A stretch of DNA of 64,000 nucleotides from a bacterium (lineage in GTDB: Bacteria; SAR324; NAC60-12), in contig OZ242383.1 of NCBI GenBank assembly GCA_965209155.1, positions 3,584,001 to 3,648,000 of the forward strand, in the 5' to 3' direction. The notes beneath the pieces were generated by a model. That model saw only the letters and a list, made by a program, of their open reading frames with translations. It was not told where the DNA came from and ran no database searches. The position numbers and the translations under genes were made by a program. Positions 9,744 through 17,732 of this stretch are shown in pieces. Numbering within the stretch: position 1 is the first letter of the stretch; each line of letters opens with the position of its first letter.

Positions 9744-12700
9744 GACGGCACCTCGGCACGAGCCAGCAACTTCGGCAGGTCGTAATTGACGCTGGTCACG
9801 CCAAAGTCCGGCTCCCGGCGAAATGGCTTGCGGACGTAGTGGACATGATCCGCTCCGTCATCTTGGAATTCCACGATTGCCAGGATGAAGTCATCCGGTT
9901 TGTTCAGGGAAGTGAGGATTTCGTTCCTGGTGACCGTCACGGTCGACGCGCCATGAACCCTGCCCTTGACTTCGATGAACCGGAGCTTGCCGGTGCCGGG
10001 CACACGGCTCTCGAGATCATAGCCGAGCTTGTCCGACTCTCGATCCACCGGTTCGAATCCAAGTCCACGCTCGATTTCCATGACCGCAGTCCTGGCCCTG
10101 GCCGCAGCCGCCTGGGTATCTCGACTTGCCGGAGACGCGCTGACCACACCAGTCATCTTGCGAAGGAGTCCAACTGGTACCACCAGTACACCGCCCAACG
10201 CAACAGGGGGCAATGGCGACACCTGACGCTCGCGTTGAATCTCGTCCATGCGTTTCTGCAGGCGTGCTTGCAGGTCATCGGCCCTTCGCCGGGCTTCTCC
10301 GGAGTTGAGTCGCGCATTGGGTTTTCCAACTTGCTCCTGCAACTGGAGGTCGGCGGCCCGGTGGTCCCAGTAGGCGATCTCCTTGGTCAGGCGTTCCTTG
10401 ACCGCTACTTCTGTCTTTGAAAGGAGTTCTGTCTTTCGCGACCGTACCTGTTCGAGGTGGGCGGGCACCAGGTGAGAAACGGCATATTCGACGGCCTTCG
10501 TTTCCAAATCTCCATTAATCCAGGCACATTCAGGGCGATTGACGATCTTTTCCACGCTTGGTTCCCTATCGCTCAAAGGTCGGTAGTCGAGGTAAGGCGC
10601 ATAGTCCTGGCCCAAAACCGTGGAATCCGCATTCACCTCCACGTAGAGAACCTTCCTGGAGATGGTCCTCTGTTCTCCGGAGCGTGTGCGGCTTCCGTCC
10701 TGGATGCTGTGTTCCAAGTACAAAAGAACCCTAGGTTTGTCACTTGCGTCATTGTCGTCGACAAGCGCTGAGCTTTGCCGGAGCAATCCTCGATGCCGCT
10801 CCAAGGTCGAGTCTATGGTGGCATCCAATAGCGGGTGACCGGGGCAGACAAACGACGCTGGGGGTCGACCGGGAGAAGACATGAAAACTTTCTCAAAGGT
10901 GATGCGTTCATATCGCGGCAGGACCGGTTCACCCAAGCCGATCAGCCGGTCGCGATCTCGCACCTTTGCCGGCACATGGGTGATTTGATAGCGCCGGGTC
11001 TCCCGCTCTTTCACACCTCCGCCAAGACGTCTGAATGCCTCGATGAAAAATGACTCGATGTAGTGAGGTTGGAGCTTCCTGACCTCAGCCCGTTCCATTT
11101 CTTCCCGAATCTCCAGGACCTGACTGGTGTCCATTGAATCCTGAACCAGAGCAGATCCGGAGAGGAGATCCTGGACCCGGGTCTTATCGAAAGCATCGCT
11201 GACCGCCTTTGTCAGGCGAGCTTGAACTTCGGGACGCTCCCCGTACCTGATGGCCTCCAGCAGGAGCTCGCGCAGTGGTTTCCCGTCGAACTGCACCTGG
11301 CCCAACACGTCGAACACTTGACCGCCAAGCGCCTTCCTCGCTTCCTCCAACTTCTCCAGCAGGGTGTAATAGACGTCGCCCTCCCTGGTCTCCTCCGCAA
11401 TCAGGTTCCAAAGGTGACAGACCTCGGTTTGGCCGATTCGGTGAATGCGCCCGAATCGTTGCTCGATGCGATTCGGATTCCAGGGAAGGTCATAGTTGAC
11501 CATCAGGTGAGCGCGCTGGAGGTTGATGCCTTCCGAGGCAGCATCGTTGGCCAGAAGAATCTGAACCTGCGGATCGTGCAGGAAAGACTCTTGGATAGTG
11601 CGCCTTTCCTCTCTCCTGATACCGCCGTGGATCATGACCACCGACTCCTGGCGACCCAAGAGGGTAATAATCCGTTGGCAGAGGTAGTTGAGGGTGTCCC
11701 GGTGCTCGGTAAAGATGACGAGTTTTTGATGCGGAGACGGTGCGAACGACTCTTCGATTACTTTTCCTGCATTGGTAAACAACCGGTTGAGCAGGTCAGC
11801 CAGTTCTTGCCATTTCTTGTCTTTACCGCTGGCCCGAACCGTTCGAGCCAACGATTCCAGACGACGCAAGCTCTGAATCTCCACTTCGAACTCGCCGACG
11901 GTCCGTGCAGCGGTAGCGCGATCCAGAACCTGCTCCTCGGCCTTTGCGAGCTCTTCATCGGGCGCCTCATCGAGATCTGCAATGTCTTCCTCGTTCAACT
12001 GAAGGGAGCTGGCAGGGAGGGACGCGGTGAACTGCGAGCCTCGTTGTAATAGTTGAAGCTCACGGAGACGGCTTTCCAGCCGTTCCTTCCGTCGGCGAAG
12101 GGACTGGTAGATAGCCTCCGGTGAAGAGGCCAGTCGTCGTTGCAGGATGGTGAGGGCAAACCCGACGGTTCCCGCATTTTTGTCGTTCTGAAGCGCTTCG
12201 GCGCGGTTGAATTCTTCCCGTACGTAGTCGGTCACCTCCCGGTACAAACGAGCCTCGTTGTCAGATAACTTGAATGGAACTGCGTAGGCGCGTCGTTCCG
12301 GGAACAAAGGCGTGGTATCGAACTTGAACAACCTTTCCTTCACCATGCGACGCATCAAGTCCGAAACGTCGGCAATGTGCACGCCATCCCGGAATCGGCC
12401 TTCGAAGCGGTCTCCATCCAATAGTGCCATAAACAGTTGGAAGTCTTCTTCCTTGCCATTATGTGGAGTTGCGGTCAGCAACAGGAAATGGCGAGTACGG
12501 GTCGAGAGCATCTGACCCAAGCGGTAGCGTTTGGTGTACTTGATCTCACCGCCAAAGAAGGAGGCCGACATCTTGTGGGCTTCGTCACAGATCACCAAAT
12601 CCCACCCGCCTTCCCGAGCGCGGAGCAAGGCTTGAACATCTTCGTCACGCGCCAGTTTGTCGAGACGCGCTATGGCCAGGGGTGTTTCGGAGAACCAGTT

Positions 12701-13282
12701 TCCCGTACGGGCGGACTCCAGCTTGTCATTGGTCATAATTTCAAATTTCAGCTGGAATCGACGGTAAAGTTCGTCTTGCCACTGCTCGGCCAGGTTGCCC
12801 GGACACACTACTAAGCAACGCTCCAGGTCACCGCGGGCCACGAGTTCTTTTACCAGCAGACCGGCCATGATCGTCTTACCGGCTCCCGGATCATCGGCAA
12901 GAAGAAAACGCAGCGGTTGACGGGTCAGCATCGATTCGTAAACTGCCGTGATCTGGTGAGGTAAAGGGTCCACGACGGATGTGTGAACGGCGAGTAGCGG
13001 GTCGAAGAGGTGGGCAAACCGGATCCGCTGGGCCTCGGAGACGAGACGGAAGAGGTGGCCGTCCCCATCGAAGGACCATGGAAGCCCGTGCTCGAGCACC
13101 TCCAAACTGGATTCGTCATCCCGGTAGAGGAGCCGGGTTCCCACGTGACCCGTGGTCGGCGTCTTGAAGGTGAGCTCAATTGCGGAGTCGCCGAACCATT
13201 TGACGTTGACGACTTCAGAGGGCCCATCCGCAGCCACTCCCCGAACAAGAGATCCGGAGGTCAGTCTTTCCAGCGCTGCCAT
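9740..13282 (-). CDS. SNF2-family helicase with C-terminal DUF3883 PD-(D/E)xK nuclease
   Basis: LADDPGAGKT, DEAH, LTATPH, EQRFGRIHRIGQ, C-terminal GYDLES...FIEVKG; ATG 13282 with GGAGAGG RBS preferred because the longer ORF overlaps the tRNA. Confidence 0.93.
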   Translation of the reverse strand: MAALERLTSGSLVRGVAADGPSEVVNVKWFGDSAIELTFKTPTTGHVGTRLLYRDDESSLEVLEHGLPWSFDGDGHLFRLVSEAQRIRFAHLFDPLLAVHTSVVDPLPHQITAVYESMLTRQPLRFLLADDPGAGKTIMAGLLVKELVARGDLERCLVVCPGNLAEQWQDELYRRFQLKFEIMTNDKLESARTGNWFSETPLAIARLDKLARDEDVQALLRAREGGWDLVICDEAHKMSASFFGGEIKYTKRYRLGQMLSTRTRHFLLLTATPHNGKEEDFQLFMALLDGDRFEGRFRDGVHIADVSDLMRRMVKERLFKFDTTPLFPERRAYAVPFKLSDNEARLYREVTDYVREEFNRAEALQNDKNAGTVGFALTILQRRLASSPEAIYQSLRRRKERLESRLRELQLLQRGSQFTASLPASSLQLNEEDIADLDEAPDEELAKAEEQVLDRATAARTVGEFEVEIQSLRRLESLARTVRASGKDKKWQELADLLNRLFTNAGKVIEESFAPSPHQKLVIFTEHRDTLNYLCQRIITLLGRQESVVMIHGGIRREERRTIQESFLHDPQVQILLANDAASEGINLQRAHLMVNYDLPWNPNRIEQRFGRIHRIGQTEVCHLWNLIAEETREGDVYYTLLEKLEEARKALGGQVFDVLGQVQFDGKPLRELLLEAIRYGERPEVQARLTKAVSDAFDKTRVQDLLSGSALVQDSMDTSQVLEIREEMERAEVRKLQPHYIESFFIEAFRRLGGGVKERETRRYQITHVPAKVRDRDRLIGLGEPVLPRYERITFEKVFMSSPGRPPASFVCPGHPLLDATIDSTLERHRGLLRQSSALVDDNDASDKPRVLLYLEHSIQDGSRTRSGEQRTISRKVLYVEVNADSTVLGQDYAPYLDYRPLSDREPSVEKIVNRPECAWINGDLETKAVEYAVSHLVPAHLEQVRSRKTELLSKTEVAVKERLTKEIAYWDHRAADLQLQEQVGKPNARLNSGEARRRADDLQARLQKRMDEIQRERQVSPLPPVALGGVLVVPVGLLRKMTGVVSASPASRDTQAAAARARTAVMEIERGLGFEPVDRESDKLGYDLESRVPGTGKLRFIEVKGRVHGASTVTVTRNEILTSLNKPDDFILAIVEFQDDGADHVHYVRKPFRREPDFGVTSVNYDLPKLLARAEVPS

Positions 13283-13286
13283 GCCT

Positions 13287-13730
13287 CTCCTTCCTGCTTG
13301 TGATTGGGAACGGCTTGGTGGGCCCACCTGGGCTCGAACCAAGGACCGGCCGATTATGAGTCGGCAACTCTAACCAACTGAGCTATGGGTCCGTTTCCTG
13401 TCGCCGTACCGGTCAAAATGAGGGTTCCTCCCTCCTCCACTACCCGAGGAGCGGTGAACCTCCGAATCGCCTTTTTCCTGCTATGCAAAAAAGCCACGTC
13501 GTGAAAAATTAATATATTGAGCAGTAATGGATTCCGGCTCGGAGGCCGGAATGAGAATAGAGAAAAAACTCCGCTACTTGGTGAATATTCATCGTTGCCG
13601 AATTATAGTAAAAGGGCCGGAATGACAATGGAGTTAATTCCGCCACCACTCTATTGAGTGAATTGTATGAAGAGATGGAAAAGATAGCAAGCGAAAGTTG
13701 AGGGTTGGATGCAGAAATCACATAAAATTC
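13287..13730. repeat. Diverged direct duplicate of 16999-17756 (tRNA trailer, tRNA, leader, REP, start of the S9 peptidase gene)
   Basis: Collinear near-identical blocks with internal deletions; ends in ATGCAGAAATCACATAAAATTC versus ATGCAGAAAACACATAAAACTC. Confidence 0.88.
13316..13392 (-). tRNA. tRNA-Ile2(CAT), degenerate second copy
   Basis: 77-nt cloverleaf ending CCA; 3 substitutions versus 17028-17104 give an A3:C70 mismatch and two G.U pairs. Confidence 0.8.
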
Positions 13731-13955
13731 AAAAGGGTGTCTGGCTTGGAAGTTTGGAAAAGTAGCGATATTTTATTATTCAAATCGATTTCACTTTCCT
13801 TCTCGCTGGATTCTGAAGATGGCTCGTCAACCGCTTTGCAGTGTACCGCTTGAGACGACGATTGAAGGAATCCGAGGGGCTCCAAAATCAAACAGAGGAA
13901 TTGAAACGTCCAATATTTGTTTGAAGTTCCAAACTTCCAAGCCTGACTCTTTTTT
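13731..13955. mobile_element. MITE-like element bounded by terminal inverted repeats
   Basis: GGCTTGGAAGTTTGGAA (13743-13759) is the exact reverse complement of 13927-13943, extending imperfectly to ~29 bp; no convincing ORF inside. Confidence 0.55.
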
Positions 13956-14375
13956 GATCAACGTCCTCCCGAAACTCTCTTTAAAAATCGATTCTGCCAA
14001 TTCAAGAGCTTGAAATTTTCTGAGATTCTACTGCTTAGGCCGGATCTACGGGGGCTCGATGCATTGCATTGGATCATTTATGCGTTGGAATGCGGCCATC
14101 TTCAAAGTCAATGAAATTTTCCTTTTTCGCCTGACAAGAGTGACTATTGCCTCATGCTAAAAAATCGTTCTCTGTCGATTCTACGGATTCGGGGTGCCCT
14201 GTTCAATTCAGCCGGAGTTTACGACAAAGCATGGAAAATGAAGCAGTCTCATAAACCCCTGCGATTCCTGAGCGGGTGGAGCGATATTCCTTAAACCGGA
14301 TGAAGGCGATGATTCCAATCATAAGTCGGAAGGATGATGAAGAGAGGACGCAAAGAATGAGCCACGAAAAAAAAC

Positions 14376-14404
14376 TTGACATTATCAGAATTTTATAGTA
14401 TCAT
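14376..14404 (+). promoter_or_regulatory. Sigma70-like promoter facing the tandem repeat array
   Basis: TTGACA-17 nt-TATCAT with an A-tract immediately upstream. Confidence 0.6.
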
Positions 14405-14416
14405 TTTAACAATAAT

Positions 14417-15490
14417 GAGGAGATCGGATTTTCAGGTCGAGTGAAGAAACTGAAGAAATACCTGGCAGTATTCCGCGCAAGCAGGAATCCTGAATGTCTT
14501 GAATGCCCCTGGATTCCGGGTCTGGGCCCGGAATGACACGTTCCTGGCTTCGTGCTTTCCGCCGGAAATGACATGCTCCTGGATTGATGTTTTTCGCTGG
14601 AAATGACACGCTTTTGGCCGTTTTTCGCCTGGAATGACACGCTTTTGGCCGTTTTTCGCCTGGAATGACACACTCAAGCTATTCAGAAGAGGTGATTGGA
14701 TTTTTAGATCGAGTGAAGAAACTGAAGAAATACCGGGCAGTATTCCGCGCAAGCAGGAATCCTGAATGTCTTGAGCGCCCCTGGATTCCAGGTCTGGGCC
14801 CGGAATGACACGTTCTTGGTTTTGTGATTTTCGCCTGGGATGAAACGCTCCTGGATTGGTTTTTTTCGCCTGGAATGAGACGCTTTTGGCCGTTTTTTGT
14901 CCGGCATGAGACGCTTTTGGTCGTTTTTTTACTCGGAATGGCAGCTTTTAGCTATTCAGAAGAGGCGATCGGATTTTCAGGTCGAGTGAAGAAACTGAAG
15001 AAATACCAGGCAGTATTCCGCGCAAGCAGGTTTCCTGGATATCTTGAGTGCCCCTGGATTCCGGGTCTGGGCCCGGAATGACACGTTCCTAGCTTCGTGC
15101 TTTTCGCTTAGGAAGACACGCTCTTGGATTGATGTTTTTCGTCTGGAATGAGACGCTTTTGGCCGTTTTTCGCCGGAAATGAGACGTTTTTGGCCGTTTT
15201 TTTACTCGGAATGGCAGCTTTTAGCTATTTAGAAGAGGCGATTGGATTTTTTAGATCGAGTGAAGAAACTGAAGAAATACCGGGCAGTATTCCGCGCAAG
15301 CAGGAATCCTGAATGTCTTGAGGGCCCCTGGATTCCGGGTCTGGGCCCGGAATGACACGTTCCTGGTTTCGTGCTTTTCGCCGGGAATGACATGCTCTTG
15401 GATTGGTGTTTTTCGCTTGGAATGACACGTTTTTGGCCGTTTTTCGCCTGGAATGAGACGTTTTTGGCCGTTTTTCGCCCGGAATGACGA
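14417..15490. repeat. Tandem array of 4 x ~273 bp units built from REP-like palindromes and ~31-bp subrepeats
   Basis: CGAGTGAAGAAACTGAAGAAATAC recurs at 14438, 14710, 14983 and 15257; each unit contains GGATTCC(G/A)GGTCTGGGCCCGGAATGAC. Confidence 0.95.
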
Positions 15491-15659
15491 CGTTGCAAAT
15501 AGCTGGAAGAAAAAAAACATGAACGCACTCTAGCCCCACAGTTCTGGGAGGAACTGAGATCTCGCCGTTCTATGAGCGGTGTTTCAATGCCAGAACGAAA
15601 TTCCTCTGATAAAGGTGCAGTCCTGGAATGACTTCTTGCATCCTGATGCAGGAAATCCC

Positions 15660-15688
15660 TTGACACTCTCCTGTCCCTAACATAGGTT
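15660..15688 (+). promoter_or_regulatory. Sigma70-like promoter upstream of a structured leader
   Basis: TTGACA-17 nt-TAGGTT. Confidence 0.4.
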
Positions 15689-15692
15689 TAAG

Positions 15693-15847
15693 ATTGCAAT
15701 AACGCTTGTATCTGTTTGTCGGGTTACCCGATGAATAGAATAGTCCACATGCAGGCTGATGGGTAGCTCCCGGAAGCCGGGCAAATAATCGGGACATTTT
15801 CCTGTGATACAGGTGTTGTTGCAATAACCCGACGCCTCCAAGGCGTC
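15693..15847 (+). ncRNA. Candidate structured RNA / 5' leader
   Basis: 20-bp stem 15693-15712 with 15806-15825 whose three non-Watson-Crick positions are all G.U; inner helices; GACGCCT-CCA-AGGCGTC hairpin. Confidence 0.4.
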
Positions 15848-15921
15848 ATGCAACACACATCAGAATGGAGAGAATGTCATGAAAAAGACTATTTGCGTTT
15901 TACAGTTTTTATTCCCGTTTT

Positions 15922-16488
15922 TAATTAATCTCATTAAACCACCAGCTCTGCTGGTGCGAACCTAATAGGCTTTGCCGGTCAGACATGAGAAACGTATCCG
16001 TGTCCGTTAGCCGTGCTCGTGCTCGTGAACGGTCAGTGAATTCGACGGCACATTTTGGTTAACATAGAAACAATGCGATGAAGTAACTGTTTCCCTTCGT
16101 CAAATAAAGGAGGCTGGATGATCTTCAACACGTTTAAAACATCGAGAATAGCAGTGCATTCCATTGCGGAACCTCGGGCAAATGCATAGAATCGTTGCTT
16201 GTCAGGAAAGGAATTTTTTCCACAGCCTTCTGCGATATTGAGAGGAATCGACCATGAGGCCCTTTTCAGTTGGTCAACTCAGGCTGAGTATCCTTTTGGC
16301 AATGTTTCGATGACTTGGACAGATAACGCTAAAAATTCGATGGAACATTGGTATACATCGAGTTTTTCATGATCTAACATGGCAGCTTTTTTCGTTCACG
16401 AGCACGAGCACGTCTTACGATGACGAACACGTTTTGCCCCCATCCTGGGGGCCTCTTCAAGCCACCGGCTCTGCCGGTGGTGATGACT
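15922..16488. mobile_element. Non-autonomous element with IS200/IS605-like subterminal hairpins carrying a four-helix-bundle gene (copy 1)
   Basis: Near-identical to 49702-50262; end hairpins CACCAGC-TCT-GCTGGTG and CCACCGGC-TCT-GCCGGTGG; no target-site duplication seen. Confidence 0.8.
16033..16380 (-). pseudogene. Four-helix-bundle protein (23S rRNA IVP / bAvd-like) with in-frame TGA at codon 34
   Basis: Manual translation MLDHEKLDVYQ...YSA*VDQLKRASWSIPLNIAEGCGK...FYAFARGSAMEC; motifs typical of the family. Confidence 0.88.
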
Positions 16489-16492
16489 GATC

Positions 16493-16918
16493 TCACTGAC
16501 ATCCACACAAAACTTCCGAACCCGAAACTCCTTTCGTGCCGTGCGTTTCATACCCGTCGCGCTTCCACCAATCTATCCTACCCATTAACTCCTTAACCTT
16601 GAACCCCAATTTCACCATGTTCAAAGCACCTTTAGTGGAGGCATTGCAACCGATACCATCACAGTAGGTCACATACAGCTTTGATTTGTCGAGTCCACTT
16701 GTAGTCGCTTCAGACATCAATTTATGTGGTATATTGATTGAGGTCGGTATGTGTTCCAGTGCAAAAGCCTGCGGAGAGCGAGCGTCTATGACGATGATGG
16801 GTTCCTTATTGTTGAGTGCTTCAAAAAGATCCCAAGAATCGGTCTCATGGTTAAGTTTTGCTTGATAAAATTCAACGGAATTCATCTTTAAACGACCTTT
16901 CTCCTTAGCCATTTCCAT
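16493..16918 (-). CDS. Rhodanese-like domain protein
   Basis: VIDARS, HIP..INIP, YCDGIGCNAS, GF.VKEL.G..DWW; true start may be the internal MNSVEF. Confidence 0.88.
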   Translation of the reverse strand: MEMAKEKGRLKMNSVEFYQAKLNHETDSWDLFEALNNKEPIIVIDARSPQAFALEHIPTSINIPHKLMSEATTSGLDKSKLYVTYCDGIGCNASTKGALNMVKLGFKVKELMGRIDWWKRDGYETHGTKGVSGSEVLCGCQ

Positions 16919-17027
16919 CGATCCAACCTGCCTTGGTGAATTTCCAAAAAGAGGTGGGCTAACCGGATCCGCATTCCGGTAGAGGAGTGGGGGTTCCGCT
17001 CCTTCCTGCTTGTGATTTGGAACGGCT

Positions 17028-17104
17028 TGGTGGGCCCACCTGGGCTCGAACCAGGGACCGGCCGATTATGAGTCGGCAGCTCTAACCAACTGAGCTATGG
17101 GCCC
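17028..17104 (-). tRNA. tRNA-Ile2(CAT), intact copy
   Basis: Fully paired cloverleaf GGGCCCA...TGGGCCC-A-CCA, anticodon loop CTCATAA; C4-G69 and C5-G68 favour Ile2 over Met. Confidence 0.93.
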
Positions 17105-17329
17105 GTTTCCTGTCGCCGTACCGGTCAAATTGAGGATCCCGCCAACGGGATTGAATGAAAAACTATCTCTGTCGATTCTACAATGCAAGACCGGAATCCT
17201 GCCTGGCGATAAATAAAAGCATGGGTTCCGCTCTCCTCCACTGCCAAAGGAGCGGTGAACCTCCGAATCGCCTTTTCCTGCTATGAAAGAAAGCCACATC
17301 GTGATAAAGTTAATCAATTGAGCAGTACT

Positions 17330-17648
17330 GGATTCCGGCTCGGAGGCCGGAATGACAATAAAGTTGATCTCTATGGATATGTCACCCCGAACTTGATTCA
17401 AAACCTAGAATACGGGTAGTAACCTACTGGATTCCGGCTCGGAGGCCGGAATGACAATAAGTATGCGTCATCCCGCTCCCGGATCATCCGTGATCCAGAA
17501 TACGAGTAGTGCCGTACTGGATTCCGGCTCGGAGGCCGGAATGACAATAATGTTGATCTCTATGGATGCGTCATTCCGCTCCCGGATCATCCATGATCCA
17601 GAATACGAGTAGTGTCGTACTGGATTCCGGCTCGGAGTCCGGAATGAC
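17330..17648. repeat. Cluster of 4 REP-like palindromes GGATTCCGGCTCGGAGGCCGGAATGAC
   Basis: Copies near 17330, 17429, 17519 and 17622, alternating with degenerate inverted half-copies. Confidence 0.9.
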
Positions 17649-17732
17649 CAAGGAGCAAAAACTCAGTTAACGCTCTATAGATTGAATTGTATGAAGAGAT
17701 GGAAGAGATAGCAAGCGAAAGTTGAAGGTGGT

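Noticed and set aside
13283..13342. N-terminal extension of the helicase in the ORF track
   Set aside because: Overlaps the tRNA gene; ATG 13282 has a clear RBS
14189..14230. GGGGTGCCC motif suggesting a TPP riboswitch (also at 2461)
   Set aside because: The CTGAGA and ACCTGA core elements do not follow in the required arrangement
14401..15666. Several 67-145 aa ORFs over the tandem array
   Set aside because: They are translations of the repeats in multiple overlapping frames (CHSRRK, VIPG motifs) with no protein-family signal
16033..16380. Diversity-generating retroelement (Avd-like gene), or selenocysteine at the in-frame TGA
   Set aside because: No reverse transcriptase or TR/VR pair in the window; the TGA aligns with Leu (TTA) in copy 2, not Cys
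13316..17104. Classical integrase-type attL/attR island between the tRNA copies
   Set aside because: The whole tRNA plus upstream region is duplicated rather than a 3' fragment, and no integrase is encoded in the window
17066..17401. 111-aa minus-strand ORF
   Set aside because: Runs through a REP palindrome and into the tRNA
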